Source of the DNA: Macrostomum lignano
Lineage: Eukaryota
DNA: 64,000 nt
Reading direction: 5' to 3'
NCBI GenBank assembly: GCA_002269645.1
Contig: NIVC01001857.1
Span: forward strand, 111,664 to 175,663
Shown here: positions 15,115 to 27,162 of the stretch, piece after piece
Layout: the number at the start of each line of letters is the position of its first letter
Position numbering within the stretch: the stretch's first letter is position 1
Translations under genes and position numbers: made by a program
Notes under the pieces: model-generated
Told to the model about the DNA's origin: nothing
The model's database searches: none
What the model saw: only the letters and a program-made list of their open reading frames with translations

Positions 15115-15755
15115 TCTTCCCCTCTAATCTCACTGCATCACACTCTTTCCCAATCTCACTGCATCCCACTCTCTCCATTTAATCTCACTGTATCCCACTC
15201 TCTTCCCCTCTAATCTCACCGTATCCCACTCTCTTCCCCTCCAATCTCACTGTATCCCACTCTCTTCCCCTCCAATCTCACTGTATCCCACTCTCTTCCC
15301 CTCCAATCTCACTGTATCCCACTCTCTTCCCCTCCAATCTCACTGTATCACACTCTCTTCCCCTCCGGCTCCAATCTCACTGTATCCCACTCTCTTCCCC
15401 TCCACTCTCACTGTATCACACTCTCTTCCCCTCCAATCTCACTGTATCCCACTCTCTTCCCCTCCAATCTCATTGCATCACGCTCTCTTCCCCTCCAATC
15501 TCACTGTATCACACTCTCTTCCCCTCCAATCTCACTGTATCACACTCTCTTCCCCTCCAATCTCACTGTATCACACTCTCTTCCCCTCTAATCTCACCGT
15601 ATCCCACTCTCTTCCCCTCCAATCTCACTGTATCACACTCTCTTCCCCTCTAATCTCACTGTATCACACTCTCTTCCCCTCTAATCTCAGTGTATCCCAC
15701 TCTCTTCCCCTCTAATCTCACTGCCTCACACTCTCTTCCCCTCCAATCTCACTCA
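15115..15755. repeat. 31-bp minisatellite CCAATCTCACTGTATCCCACTCTCTTCCCCT
   Basis: About 20 tandem copies. Confidence 0.95.
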
Positions 15756-16734
15756 CTGCAGCTTCTCATCCCTTTTCATTACTTTCAGCGGTTTCCTTTT
15801 TCAACAGACATTTATATTACACGAGCCATAATAATTGGCACACGTATGCAGTGCAAGTCAGTCAAAGCCACCCCCTGGCCCTGTTCAGTTTGTGACGAAT
15901 CTCTAGTATCCATATCTTATTTCTATCCCTATTCATAATCCATAGACGCAAAATGGCAAAGTTCATCCAAGAAGCGGCCAGGTGGTGCAAAAAAAATCAC
16001 TTCCCTGCGCGTGTTTATCTAATCGTTACTATAAACTTGAAACAACAAGTCATGCGTAGTTTCTCTTCCTCGTATATTAATGAGACGCGGCCCGCCGTAT
16101 ACCCTGATAATTTGGCGTGATACCCAGCTACGAGTATATGATTGATCTGCACGGGATTACGATATTTTTATAACTATAAAGAGTATAAATAGCTGATCGT
16201 GATGGGGTTTAGACACTTAGATACCTATACGGGATTTATAAACTGGGCAGGAAGAAGATCCCACATACTGTAAGTATTCATAAATAAACATTCCACTTGG
16301 CTTCAGTAGCGAAAAGGAATATACTCGTAGAAAATACGTATACCCTAGCCTAGGTCTATCGGGACTCGATGCAAGCGGAAACTCCGAAACAGAGAGGAAA
16401 AGGTATGGAATCGCAGGCCAGTTATACACTACATACGTCTGTTTTGAATTTCCGGCAGAAGAACAGAAGGCGAAGGTCGAGTCGAGTGGGATGAAGGGTT
16501 GGGAGCGGAGAGAGACTGCACCTGGACAGAGCGAGATCCTCAACAGCTGGTCGGCAGACCGAGCTGGAAGCTTCCTCTCTAGAAATTCGGTTTAGTAAGA
16601 CGCAGCTGACGAGGCACCAGAGACACAGAGGAGGTTGACAATCTACCTGTGGGCCACATTCGGCCCGCAAAGCCTCTCCATCCGGTCCTTGGGTCCTTTG
16701 AAACTTCACAATAGCAATCCGGCCCGAACGAGGT

Positions 16735-17350
16735 TTGTCTCTTCTCAGTTACCTTCTCTCTAATCTCCATTCTCTCCTCTCTCCCTTCTCGCCTCTCTCC
16801 CTTGTCTCCTCTCTCCCTTGTCTCCTCTCTCCCTTGTCTCCTCTCTCCCTTGTCTCCTATCTCCCTTGTCTCCTCTCTCCCTTGTCTCCTCTCTCCCTTG
16901 TCTCCTCTCTCCCTTGTCTCCTATCTCCCTTGTCTCCTCTCTCCCTTGTCTCCTCTCTCCCTTGTCTCCTATCTCCCTTGTCTCCTCTCTCCCTTGTCTC
17001 CTCTCTCCCTTGTCTCCTATCTCCCTTGTCTCCTCTCTCCCTTGTCTCCTATCTCCCTTGTCTCCTCTCTCCCTTGTCTCCTCTCTCCCTTGTCTCCTCT
17101 CTCCCTTGTCTCCTATCTCCCTTGTCTCCTCTCTCCCTTGTCCCCTCTCTCCCTTGTCTCCTCTCTCCCTTGTCTCCTCTCTCCCTTGTCTCCTCTCTCC
17201 CTTGTCTCCTCTCTCCTCTCCTATTTCATCTCTCCTCTCCTATTTCATCTCTCTCTCCTCTCCTCTCTTCTCCTTTATTCCCTCGCCCCACCTTTCTCTT
17301 ATCTCACATTTCTCATTTTTATTCCCTCTCCTCTCTTCCCTCATCTGGCC
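16735..17350. repeat. 16-bp pyrimidine minisatellite CTCTCCCTTGTCTCCT plus a degenerate CT tract
   Basis: Direct tandem copies at 16795-17210. Confidence 0.95.
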
Positions 17351-17761
17351 TGCAGTCTTGCGCTAGGTTCGCTATCTGGTCCCTCTTGGGGTAAAAAAGT
17401 TAGCTGACCCCTGATCTGCAACAAACGGCAATTGAGACGTATGACAGGCAGGTCATATACTGTTTGAATCCTTAGGCTCTGACCGTAAAAGTGGACCAGC
17501 CGGGCTTGCGATTGCCTCCTCTTCCGTGACCAGCTGCATTGTCACGCAAAAGGCAAGGGGGCCCATACGGATCGAATTGCTTTTTTTCCGGCCGAGGGAG
17601 GTGGGATTCGGGCATGGAGAGTGGGGCAATTAACGAGAGACGCGAGGGCGGTACTAAAATTAATTCGTAAAAAGAAAGGTCTCGAAAAAATTTTAGACCA
17701 TTTACTGTACATGTACGAGTATATATTCTTATAACAAAATATTTGTGGGGCATTGGGTCTT

Positions 17762-18712
17762 CTTCAGACACCTCACCAGACACCTCACCAGACACCTCAC
17801 CAGACACTGCATCAGACACCTCACCAGACACTGCATCAGACACCTCACCAGACACTGCAGCAGACACCTCACCAGACACCTCACCAGATCACCAGACACC
17901 TCACCAGACACTGCATCAGACACCTCACCAGACACTGCATCAGACACCTCACCAGACACTGCATCAGACACCTCACCAGACACTGCAGCAGACACCTCAC
18001 GAGACACTGCAGCAGACACCTCACCAGACACTGCATCAGACACTTCACCAGACACTGCATCAGACACCTCACCAGACACCTCACCAGATCACCAGACACC
18101 TCACCAGACACCTCACCAGACACTGCACCAGACACCTCACCAGACACTGCATCAGACACCTCACCAGACACTTCACCAGACACCTCACCAGACACTGCAT
18201 CAGACACCTAACCAGAGACTGCATCAGACACCTCACCAGATCACCAGACACCTCACCAGACACTGCATCAGACACCTCACCAGACACTGCATCAGACACC
18301 TCACCAGACACTGCATCAGACACCTCACCAGACACCTCACCAGACACTGCATCAGACACCTCACCAGACACCTCACCAGACACTGCATCAGACACCTCAC
18401 CAGACACTGCATCAGACACCTCACGAGACACTGCATCAGATACCTCACCAGACACTGCATCAGACACCTCACCAGACACTGCATCAGACACCTCACCAGA
18501 CACTGCATCAGACACCTCACCAGACACCTCACCAGACACTGCATCAGACACCTCACCAGACACCTCACCAGACACCTCACGAGACACTGCAGCAGACACC
18601 TCACCAGACACTGCAGCAGACACCTCACCAGACACTGCATCAGACACCTCATCAAACACTTCACCAAACACCTCACCAGACACCTCACCAGACACCTCAC
18701 CAGACACCTCAT
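17762..18712. repeat. 12-bp minisatellite with interspersed AGACACCTCACC / AGACACTGCATC units
   Basis: Direct; the source of many spurious ORFs. Confidence 0.96.
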
Positions 18713-19289
18713 CGTTTCTTTCAAAACCTCCAGATTTTGAAATGACACACTTGTTCTATAATTTTAATCACCTAACGAGTCACCCAGCAAACCGCCAATC
18801 ATTTAATTAGCAAACGCAGGCCTTAGCAACTGAGTATCAGGTAATAAAGTCACACTTATCTCGCTGTATAGTCGAGTACGCTGCACTTTGTTGAATAAGC
18901 AGTTATGAACCTGTCTGAAATTTCTTATCAACAGCCGTCATGAGATTAAACATACGCTCGTAGTTAGCATTGTATTTTTTATACATTGAGATTGTAATTG
19001 CGCATACATTGCACTAAAGGCCTTGAGAGCAAATACATGCCAGGGGTATCTTAGCTTTAGCAATACTCTTAGCGGTTCTTATTATATTAATACTTTTTTC
19101 TTTGGTTGACAACCAAAGTGAGCCCCGATCCTGTCTGTAGCCCCGAACAGAGGGAAACGGGACAGACAGAGGGCATCAAAGGGGCGTCAATTCCCTGCCG
19201 TTTGGTAGCGAAAAATAATGAAAACTGACCGCAGAGACACATTACCAGGCACAATCGGACAGTTAGGGAGAGAGGAGAAAGAAAGAGGA

Positions 19290-19870
19290 AAAGAGGACAA
19301 AGGGAGTGAGACAGAGTGAGACAGAGTGAGGCAGAGTGAGAAAGCAGAGTGAGACAGCAGAGTGAGACAAAGAGTAAGACAGCAGAGTGAGACAGTAGAA
19401 TGAGACAGCAGAGTGAGACAGCAGAGTGAGACAGAGAGTGAGACAGCAGAGTGAGACAGCAGAGTGAGACAGCAGAGTGAGACAGCAGAGTGAGACAGAG
19501 TGAGGCAGGGAGTGAGACAGCAGAGTGAGACAGAGAGTGAGACATTAGAGTGAGACAGCAGAGTGAGACAGGGAGTGAGACAGCAGAGTGAGACAGAGTG
19601 AGGCAGGGAGTGAGACAGCAGAGTGAGACAGAGAGTGAGACATCAGAGTGAGACAGCAGTGAGACAGCAGAGTGAGACAGAGAGTGAGACATTAGAGTGA
19701 GACAGCAGAGTGAGACAGGGAGTGAGACAGCAGAGTGAGAAAAACTGAGACAGAGTGAGACAGAGTGAGACAGAGTGAGACAGAGTGAGACAGAGTGAGA
19801 CAGCAGAGTGAGAGGAGGAGAGTGAGACAGCTCAGAGTGAGACAGCACAGAGTGAGAGGAGAGTGAGAGG
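19290..19870. repeat. 10/13-bp minisatellite GAGTGAGACA(GCA)
   Basis: Direct. Confidence 0.94.
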
Positions 19871-21289
19871 CCCGTCAGTCAGAGAGAGGAGATGGGATGC
19901 AAGAAGACAAGAAGACAGACATGAAGCAATTGGGAAAAAGCAACTAACTAAGTTGAGGCTGGGTTAGGCAGAAATTAGAGACAGGCTGAGCAGTCCAAAG
20001 TGGGAATTGCCAAGTGTCAAATATTATTTGCATACAAAACATAGATAGTAACAACTCAGTACTCAATCAATCAATCATGTTGCACATCGCCTATAGAGGA
20101 CGGACTCAGTCGGGCCCTAATGAACCAGTCAACTTGGACTGGCTGAGAATCTATCGATCGATCGTCAGGCAGCAGCGGTCAGGAGTCGGGGTTGCATCGA
20201 TTGATTTGCAGACTGGCAGCTATGCGTACAGGCGCTGCTCTGGTGGTGGCAGGCAGCTTCAAAGGAGGTTTCGTCACCGGCTGTCACTTTTGCCTCCGGG
20301 TGTATCCGGGAGGTTTCGGGGTTAGGGCGGTGGCGGCGGCAGCGGCTTATAGCGGTAGGCCAATTCCTGTGTCAGATGCTCAGAAATCAATATAAATATG
20401 CGCTGTGTGTGTGTGTACACAGAGGCTTGGCTTTCTCTCTCACTCTCGTCATCAACTCTATTTTATATTACACAACTTTTATTGTATTTCTACATTAGTC
20501 TATACAGTCAGTTGGTTAAAGCCGGTCTTTGTTGCAGCCCTCGTGGACCGCGCGGAATCCCTAATACGGGTTGATGGGATAATTCTAGCGGATTAAAGGG
20601 GGAGGGCTGGGGAGAGATTAAGCTCAGATGGTCCCCCAGGGTAAGTCGGTCAGTCTCGCGCTGTCTCACACGCCAGACAAAGCTGAGTTGTCTCTGAGTT
20701 TTTTTCAAAAGCTAGCGGCAGCCAACGCACTATCAGGTGACCAGAGGGGGAGGGGGAGCGATGAAGCGGAGAGTCTGTGTTACGCAACAACTTCGGTAGC
20801 GGATTACAGGGCGCCGATTCAATAGAGGGAGAAGACGGGGGGGCCAAGTGCGGGGTTATCGCAGACCAGCTGCTCTGCAATGGAAATTACTGGGGATAAA
20901 TAGTGGATGAGGGCCGGCAGCTTTGAGCTGATGGGGGGAGGCCCCAGCTTCAATTAGCTATCCTTGTCTCAATAGGCACACATCTGACTGAATGGAGACG
21001 AGTTGTCAGCTATTCAATTTTGAGAGAAATTCGATGCTTTACCCTTATTAGTTCAGTACTAATACTCATAATGCTACCATTACACTTGATGCTCAATAGT
21101 GTCTGTTCAGCTTGAGTCTGCGACCGACTCAGGACTGAAACTCATTAAACTTGTCTTGTGGAAGTAAAGAGCTGTTTTAGTAAATTATAGGGTTGAAATT
21201 GAATAATGAGGTGGTTGATGAGAATTGCCACGTCTCTGATGGCGCCTTACTAACTCCCGATATCTTGTCACTTCTTATTTTCACCTATC

Positions 21290-21510
21290 TCTTGTCCCTC
21301 CATTTCTCTTGTGGAGATCCCTCTATCCCTTGTCATTTCCTCTATCTCATGTCACTCTCTATCTCTTGTCACTCCCTCTATCTCTTGTCACTCCCCCTAG
21401 TTTGTCACTCTCTCTATCTCTTGTCACTCCCCCTATCGTTTGTCACTCCCTCTATCTCTTGTCATTCTCCCTATCTCTTGTCACTCCCTCTATCTCCTGT
21501 CACTTCTATC
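21290..21510. repeat. Degenerate ~20-bp minisatellite CTCTATCTCTTGTCACTCCC
   Basis: About 9 imperfect copies. Confidence 0.82.
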
Positions 21511-22184
21511 ATTATGCTGTCAATTTCATACAAGTCAATATAGATTGTGTAGTTGATCAATGTCAGCTACAAGTTTAAGATATTAAATGAGGACTGGTCT
21601 GCAAAACAGATTCACAAGGTTTTGGTTGCTGGGAGGATCTTGACCAGTCGGACAGGTAAAAAAAACAACTTGCCTATAGCAGGAAAGAGGTCATTCCTCA
21701 GTTACCCAAAACCCCAGTCAGTTAGGTTAAACAAACAACCAAGACATGAAGGAAGAAGTCAACCTGACCTCCTGATGAAGCTTTCAATTCACACTTTCTC
21801 CGATCCACTTTTCTAGACTGACTGCGGGCTCCCAGCCGAAATTTCGGTTTTCAATGTCGGGCGTGGGAAAGAGGGAGGGCTTAGGTGAAAAGGAGTTCGG
21901 CCAGCAACAGGGGGGGGGTGGGTTCGATTCTTGACCAGACTGAGACCAGCTCTTCTGTCGATTTGATTGGAAACGGATTTTCTTCTAGCAGCAGCTGCTG
22001 AAGCTTCTGCTGCTAGCAATATTCGAGTCAGCTGTCGAATCCTTTCAGGCACCGCGTCACCATGGCAACCGCAGGGATTTAGGCAATTGGCGTCGCCAAA
22101 GCGACCGAGAGACAGAGAGACAAGAGAGAGACATTCGCGCAATTGAATCGAACCAAGGACCTACGGATTTTCTTGTAAAAAACT

Positions 22185-22450
22185 TACTTCACAAACTATA
22201 ACAGAAACTTCACAAACTATAACAGAATCTTCACAAACTATAACAGAAACTTCACAAACTATAATAGAAACTTCACAAACTATAACAAACTTCACAAACT
22301 ATAACAGAAACTTCACAAACTATAACAGAAACTTCACAAACTATAACAGAAACTTCACAAACTATAATAGAAACTTCACAAACTATAACAGAAACTTCAC
22401 AAACTATAACAGAAACTTCACAAACTATAACAAAAACTTCACAAACTATG
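22185..22450. repeat. 21-bp minisatellite AAACTTCACAAACTATAACAG
   Basis: About 12 copies. Confidence 0.95.
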
Positions 22451-23847
22451 GACAATTCATATAGGACAGGATATTGCAGCGCTGTTTTGATAAGGATTCG
22501 GGACCCACTCGTAAGAGAGGATGTTGGCAGCTAAGGGATCGGTAGAGTGGAGCTGTGACTCACACCGGCTTGACAGGATCGCGGGTTTAGGCCGGGTCCG
22601 CGCGAGAAACAAAAAAAAACACAAGAAAAAAAACAGCAGGCAGCAGCAAAGCTCTTGCTGCTTCTTCTGCTAAGATTTTTCTGGCGTTTTTGACAAACTT
22701 GGATATAGCTACGGGGGATTATATCACTGAATGTTAGGACTAGACCCCAGGTGCCTGTGCAATGGAAGCTCAAGTGTCGGGGTCTGGATTAAGTTCCTTG
22801 CAATATGTTAGATAGATTATTTCTTATTGAATAATAAAATTCTTTGAGAAAGGGGGTCCAGATAGCTACTGGGATATTTATGATATTCTCTGTCTGTCTC
22901 TTTGGCGTCTTTGACACACACAGAGAAGGCTGGGTTGACTCATCATATTCCATATATTGCAATACACTATATAATGGCTACCAGCAGCTATATAGAGGGG
23001 CCACTTTTCTGCAGCAGCAGTAGCAGCTGGTGGCGGTGCCTGTCTGTGTGGGGGAGCTTCCTGTTCTAAGTCTCTGCCGATTAAAACGAGTTTTTGCCCG
23101 AAGGATTATAGGAAGGGGTTGAGAAGGGTGGGAAACAGCGGCCCTGCTACATGTAGGTGGCGTATTGGATTACTGCGGGTTTAAAGAGAGATTTTCGGGG
23201 AGATATGAAATGATAGTGAATGAGAAAGCATCCGCACTGGCATTGGTGTTTCAGGAAAATCAATTTTATATCTTTTACATTCTTTACTTCATCCCAATAT
23301 CCTTACATCTCATCCCATATCTTTAACTCTCATCTCATATCCTTCTGTCTCACTAAAGAATACCTCTTCCATTTCCATCACATCTCCCTCGCGACCAACT
23401 TCAGCAAAATGACAAGATGCATTTATGCCAATTCATGACAATTTATTTATTAACAATCATAAAGCTGACATCGGGTTTCAGTGGATTACCCCAGCCCGCC
23501 GGGCAGCCAGTCATACTCTATACAGGAAATCAGGCAGCCAAGGTCCGGACAGCTTTGCGCTTGAGTATAGAGAGAAGGATTGATGCTGGACTGCAAAGCA
23601 TTTCACTATGAATAGATTATATCCTCAGCTGTCGGGGAGGTCTTGATGAAGTACAAGGTTTGATGTGATTTGCTGTCAGGGTTGATTACTCATTTGAGGG
23701 CAGACGTCGAGGAGGCCACAAAAACATCCCAATAAAAATTTTCATGCACTTGGAAGCCACTGCGGTATCTGTTAATCTTTGGGGCTGTTTCAGCGGCTTT
23801 TTTACTAAATATCTATAGTAATCATAGTTTGTGTCCATAAGCGTTCC

Positions 23848-24398
23848 TTGGTGCTAAAGCCGCTGGTGCTGGCGCCCCCGGTGCTGGCGCCCCCGGTGCT
23901 GGCGCCCCCGGTGCTGGCGCCCCCGGTGCTGGCGCCCCGGTGCTGGCGCCCCCGGTGCTGGCGCCCCCGGTGCTGGCGCCCCCGGTGCTGGCGCCCCCGG
24001 TGCTGGCGCCCCCGGTGCTGGCACCCCCGGTGCTGGCACCCCCGGTGCTGCTAAAGCCCCTGGTGCTAAAGCTCCTGGTGCTGCTAAAGCCCCTGGTGCT
24101 AAAGCCCCTGGTGCTAAAGCCCCTAGTGCTAAAGCCCCTGGTGCTAAAGCCCCTGGTGCTAAAGCCCCTGGTGCTAAAGCCCCTGGTGCTAAAGCCCCTG
24201 GTGCTAAAGCCCCTGGTGCTAAAGCCCCTGGTGCTAAAGCCCCTGGTGCTAAAGCCCCTGGTGCTAAAGCCCCTGGTGCTAAAGCCCCTGGTGCTAAAGC
24301 CCCTGGTGCTAAAGCCCCTGGTGCTAAAGCCCCTGGTGCTAAAGCCCCTGGTGCTAAAGCCCCTGGTGCTAAAGCCCCTGGTGCTAAAGCCCCTGGTA
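23848..24398. repeat. 15-bp minisatellite GGTGCTGGCGCCCCC then GGTGCTAAAGCCCCT (same family as 1-2088)
   Basis: Direct; variant switch at ~24045. Confidence 0.96.
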
Positions 24399-25024
24399 TC
24401 CCTCCTAATAAAAGATCCTGGCTACACCCCCATTGCTGCATTCGGCGCCATGTCTTGGAGCCAGAGACAGTCAGCTACTCCAGGATCAGCTTCACGATCT
24501 CCATGGCTAAACTCCCTATTCTATAGGCTTTAATTAATTTGAGTCGGAGACTCAGAGAGAGTGAGTGAGTAGGGACGGTATCGGAGGCATCAATTGACGG
24601 TGAGATGCCACGAATTCAGCTGATTAGATTTTTCCATTTATTTTGTCTGTCAAAAAATCTTCTGCGGGTGCGCGCCGAACCCAAGCAGCGCTATCTCTGT
24701 CCATCTATACTCATAGGCTTGGGCATGCTAGTCTAGCGCTAAAAATGATTTTATAATCGACTCCCGTTCGTCACCAGACGCTTAGAAATTGATTGAGGAG
24801 GCCTCCAAATGGATTGTTCATTCGCCGCGGTCTGCCATGAAGCGACAGCTCATTGTGGGGGTTTCTGAGATTCTATTAAGCATCGCTGTTCCTGTTGGAT
24901 TTTTTTGGTAAAAAAGTCGAACTAAAAGAGAGAGATGGAGAAAGGAAATTTCATGTTTATTAATTTTGACTATGCGTGAGGGAGCCGTGGAGAGAAGGAA
25001 AAGAGGGAGACATGGAGAGGAAAA

Positions 25025-25548
25025 TAAAAATGAGAGGGAGAGGGGGAGAAGGAGAGGGAGAGGCGGAGAAGGAGAGGGAGAGGCGGAGAAGGAGAGGGAG
25101 AGGCGGAGAAGGAGAGGGAGAGGCGGAGAAGGAGAGGGAGAGGCGGAGAAGGAGAGGGAGAGGCGGAGAAGGAGAGGGAGAGGCGGAGAAGGAGAGGGAG
25201 AGGCGGAGAAGGAGAGGGAGAGGCGGAGAAGGAGAGGGAGAGGCGGAGAAGGAGAAGAAGAGGCGGAGAAGGAGAGGGAGAGGCGGAGAAGGAGAGGGAG
25301 AGGCGGAGAAGGAGAGGGAGAGGCGGAGAAGGAGAGGGAGAGGCGGAGAAGGAGAGGGAGAGGCGGAGAAGGAGAGGGAGAGGCGGAGAAGGAGAGGGAG
25401 AGGCGGAGAAGGAGAGGGAGAGGCGGAGAAGGAGAGGGAGAGGCGGAGAAGGAGAGGGAGAGGCGGAGAAGGAGAGGGAGAGGCGGAGAAGGAGAGGGAG
25501 AGGCGGAGAAGGAGAGGGAGAGGCGGAGAAGGAGAGGGAGAGGCGGAG
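25025..25548. repeat. 20-bp purine minisatellite GGAGAGGGAGAGGCGGAGAA
   Basis: About 26 near-identical copies. Confidence 0.97.
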
Positions 25549-25924
25549 CGTGTAGAATTAGTGAGCAAGAATAGGGCACGGGGAGAGCAACCATTTGGAG
25601 ACTCAAAATTTCTGCACTAAATCTAAAAGAAGTTGGAAAGGCTCAGAAAGAGTCCAATCGAATCATGAAGTCGACGACAGCAAATTCTCGTCAGTGACAG
25701 GCCGGGAGACAGAGCTAAATAGTTCAATCATTCAAATCAGGCAAGAATGCGATGAAAGAACCTCACTGCACTGCTGCAGACTTCGCTCATTAAATTTTCA
25801 AATTTGAAGTCGTGTCGACAAAGGAGCAGATCTGATGATGATCAAAAAGGTAATGGGAAGATTTCTGCTAAAAACTCACTTTCCCTTCTCTTAATCTCTC
25901 CCCATCCTTCGCCTAATCTGTCCA

Positions 25925-26222
25925 TCTCCTTCGCTTGATCTCTCCTCCCTCTCCTCTCTCTCCCTCTCCCTCCCTCTCCTCTCCTCCCTCTCCTCGCTTG
26001 ATCTCTCCTCCCTCTCTCGCTTGATCTCTCCTCCCACTCCTCGCTTGATCTCTCCTCCCTCTCCTCGCTTGATCTCTCCTCCCTCTCCTCGCTTGATCTC
26101 TCCTCCCTCTCCTCGCTTGATCTCTCCTCCCTCTCCTCGCTTGATCTCTCCTCCCTCTCCTCGCTTGATCTCTCCTCCCTCTCCTCGCTTGATCTCTCCT
26201 CCCTCTCCTCGCTTGATCTGCC
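25925..26222. repeat. 24-bp minisatellite CTCGCTTGATCTCTCCTCCCTCTC
   Basis: About 10 copies. Confidence 0.94.
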
Positions 26223-27162
26223 CTGGCTCTGAGTGTATCAGTTTTAAAGTTTAAAAGTTCCAGTTTCGAAAGGCCTGACTCGATGTTATATCGAGTGAAT
26301 TCTCCTAATTAACTTTCCCGCGTTATTATTCAATTAGCAATTAGCAATTCAGATCTTTTTTAGATATATTTATATAATATAATATCTGCCCCGCTGACAC
26401 GCAATGAGAGGACAGACCGGACCCGCGTTTTGAGAAGACTTCTCTTAAACTAGATTATCGCTCTGCCTGGGTCATTCCCCCCTATAGAGTCGGGCTGAGA
26501 TGACGCAACTTTGCAACCCAGATGGCAGATGGAGAGCCGCCATTTATCTGACATGGCCTGAGGGGGAGGGCTCAGACCCACTGAGACTGGTAGCACACTG
26601 ATTTATTGCTGCTAGTGAATCTGGGCTCTCAGTCTTATTTCTATGGCTATAAATGGTATATATTCCCCATTTATACCATCGGCTTCGCCTCGGTCAATAA
26701 ACAAGTCACTCAAGCATTGCCCTAGACACTTGGTATTAACGGGGAATAGGTGATGTATCCACCACGTAAACGTAGAAGCAGCGTAACAGGGAAAGCGGGA
26801 TCAAGGGGACGCCTAGCCCCCTTGCGGGGGTGTGGGGGCAGAGCCCCCACATTTAAAAACGTTAAGACAATTTTAAAAAATGATTTGATGTCTATGGTCT
26901 ATAGCAGAATTTCTATACCATATTCTGCAGATTCAGACATGCGGTGAATGTTTCAGAAAATTCTCTCTATGTAGCCAAGTGAGCAGTTAGAAGCAGCGTT
27001 TTATTATTGTCTTTGGGCGAGTGAAATAAACCGTTTATTTGCACCGATGCAAATAAATGAAATTTACACTGAGACCATAGACGTTCGCCCGGGGCAAGTG
27101 GGGGATACACGAATACGCAAACTGAGGGAAAGTCCAGTACATGACGTGAATTTATAAAACTA

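Noticed and set aside
16020-16712. Possible solo LTR (ends CGTTAC..CTTCACA)
   Set aside because: The termini are imperfect, there is no TSD and no second copy in the window.
17472-17620. Minus-strand peptide LLRDNAAGH resembling the pogo/mariner DNA-x-x-H motif
   Set aside because: The flanking sequence shows no other transposase motif; probably chance.
21880-21940. B-box-like GGTTCGATTC suggesting a tRNA or SINE
   Set aside because: No cloverleaf and no convincing A-box at the right spacing.
22056-22069. RFX X-box match GTCACCATGGCAAC (another, GTTGTCATGGTAAC, at 42852-42865)
   Set aside because: The degenerate 14-mer is expected roughly 0.2-0.4 times per window by chance, and neither site is near an identified start of a ciliary gene.
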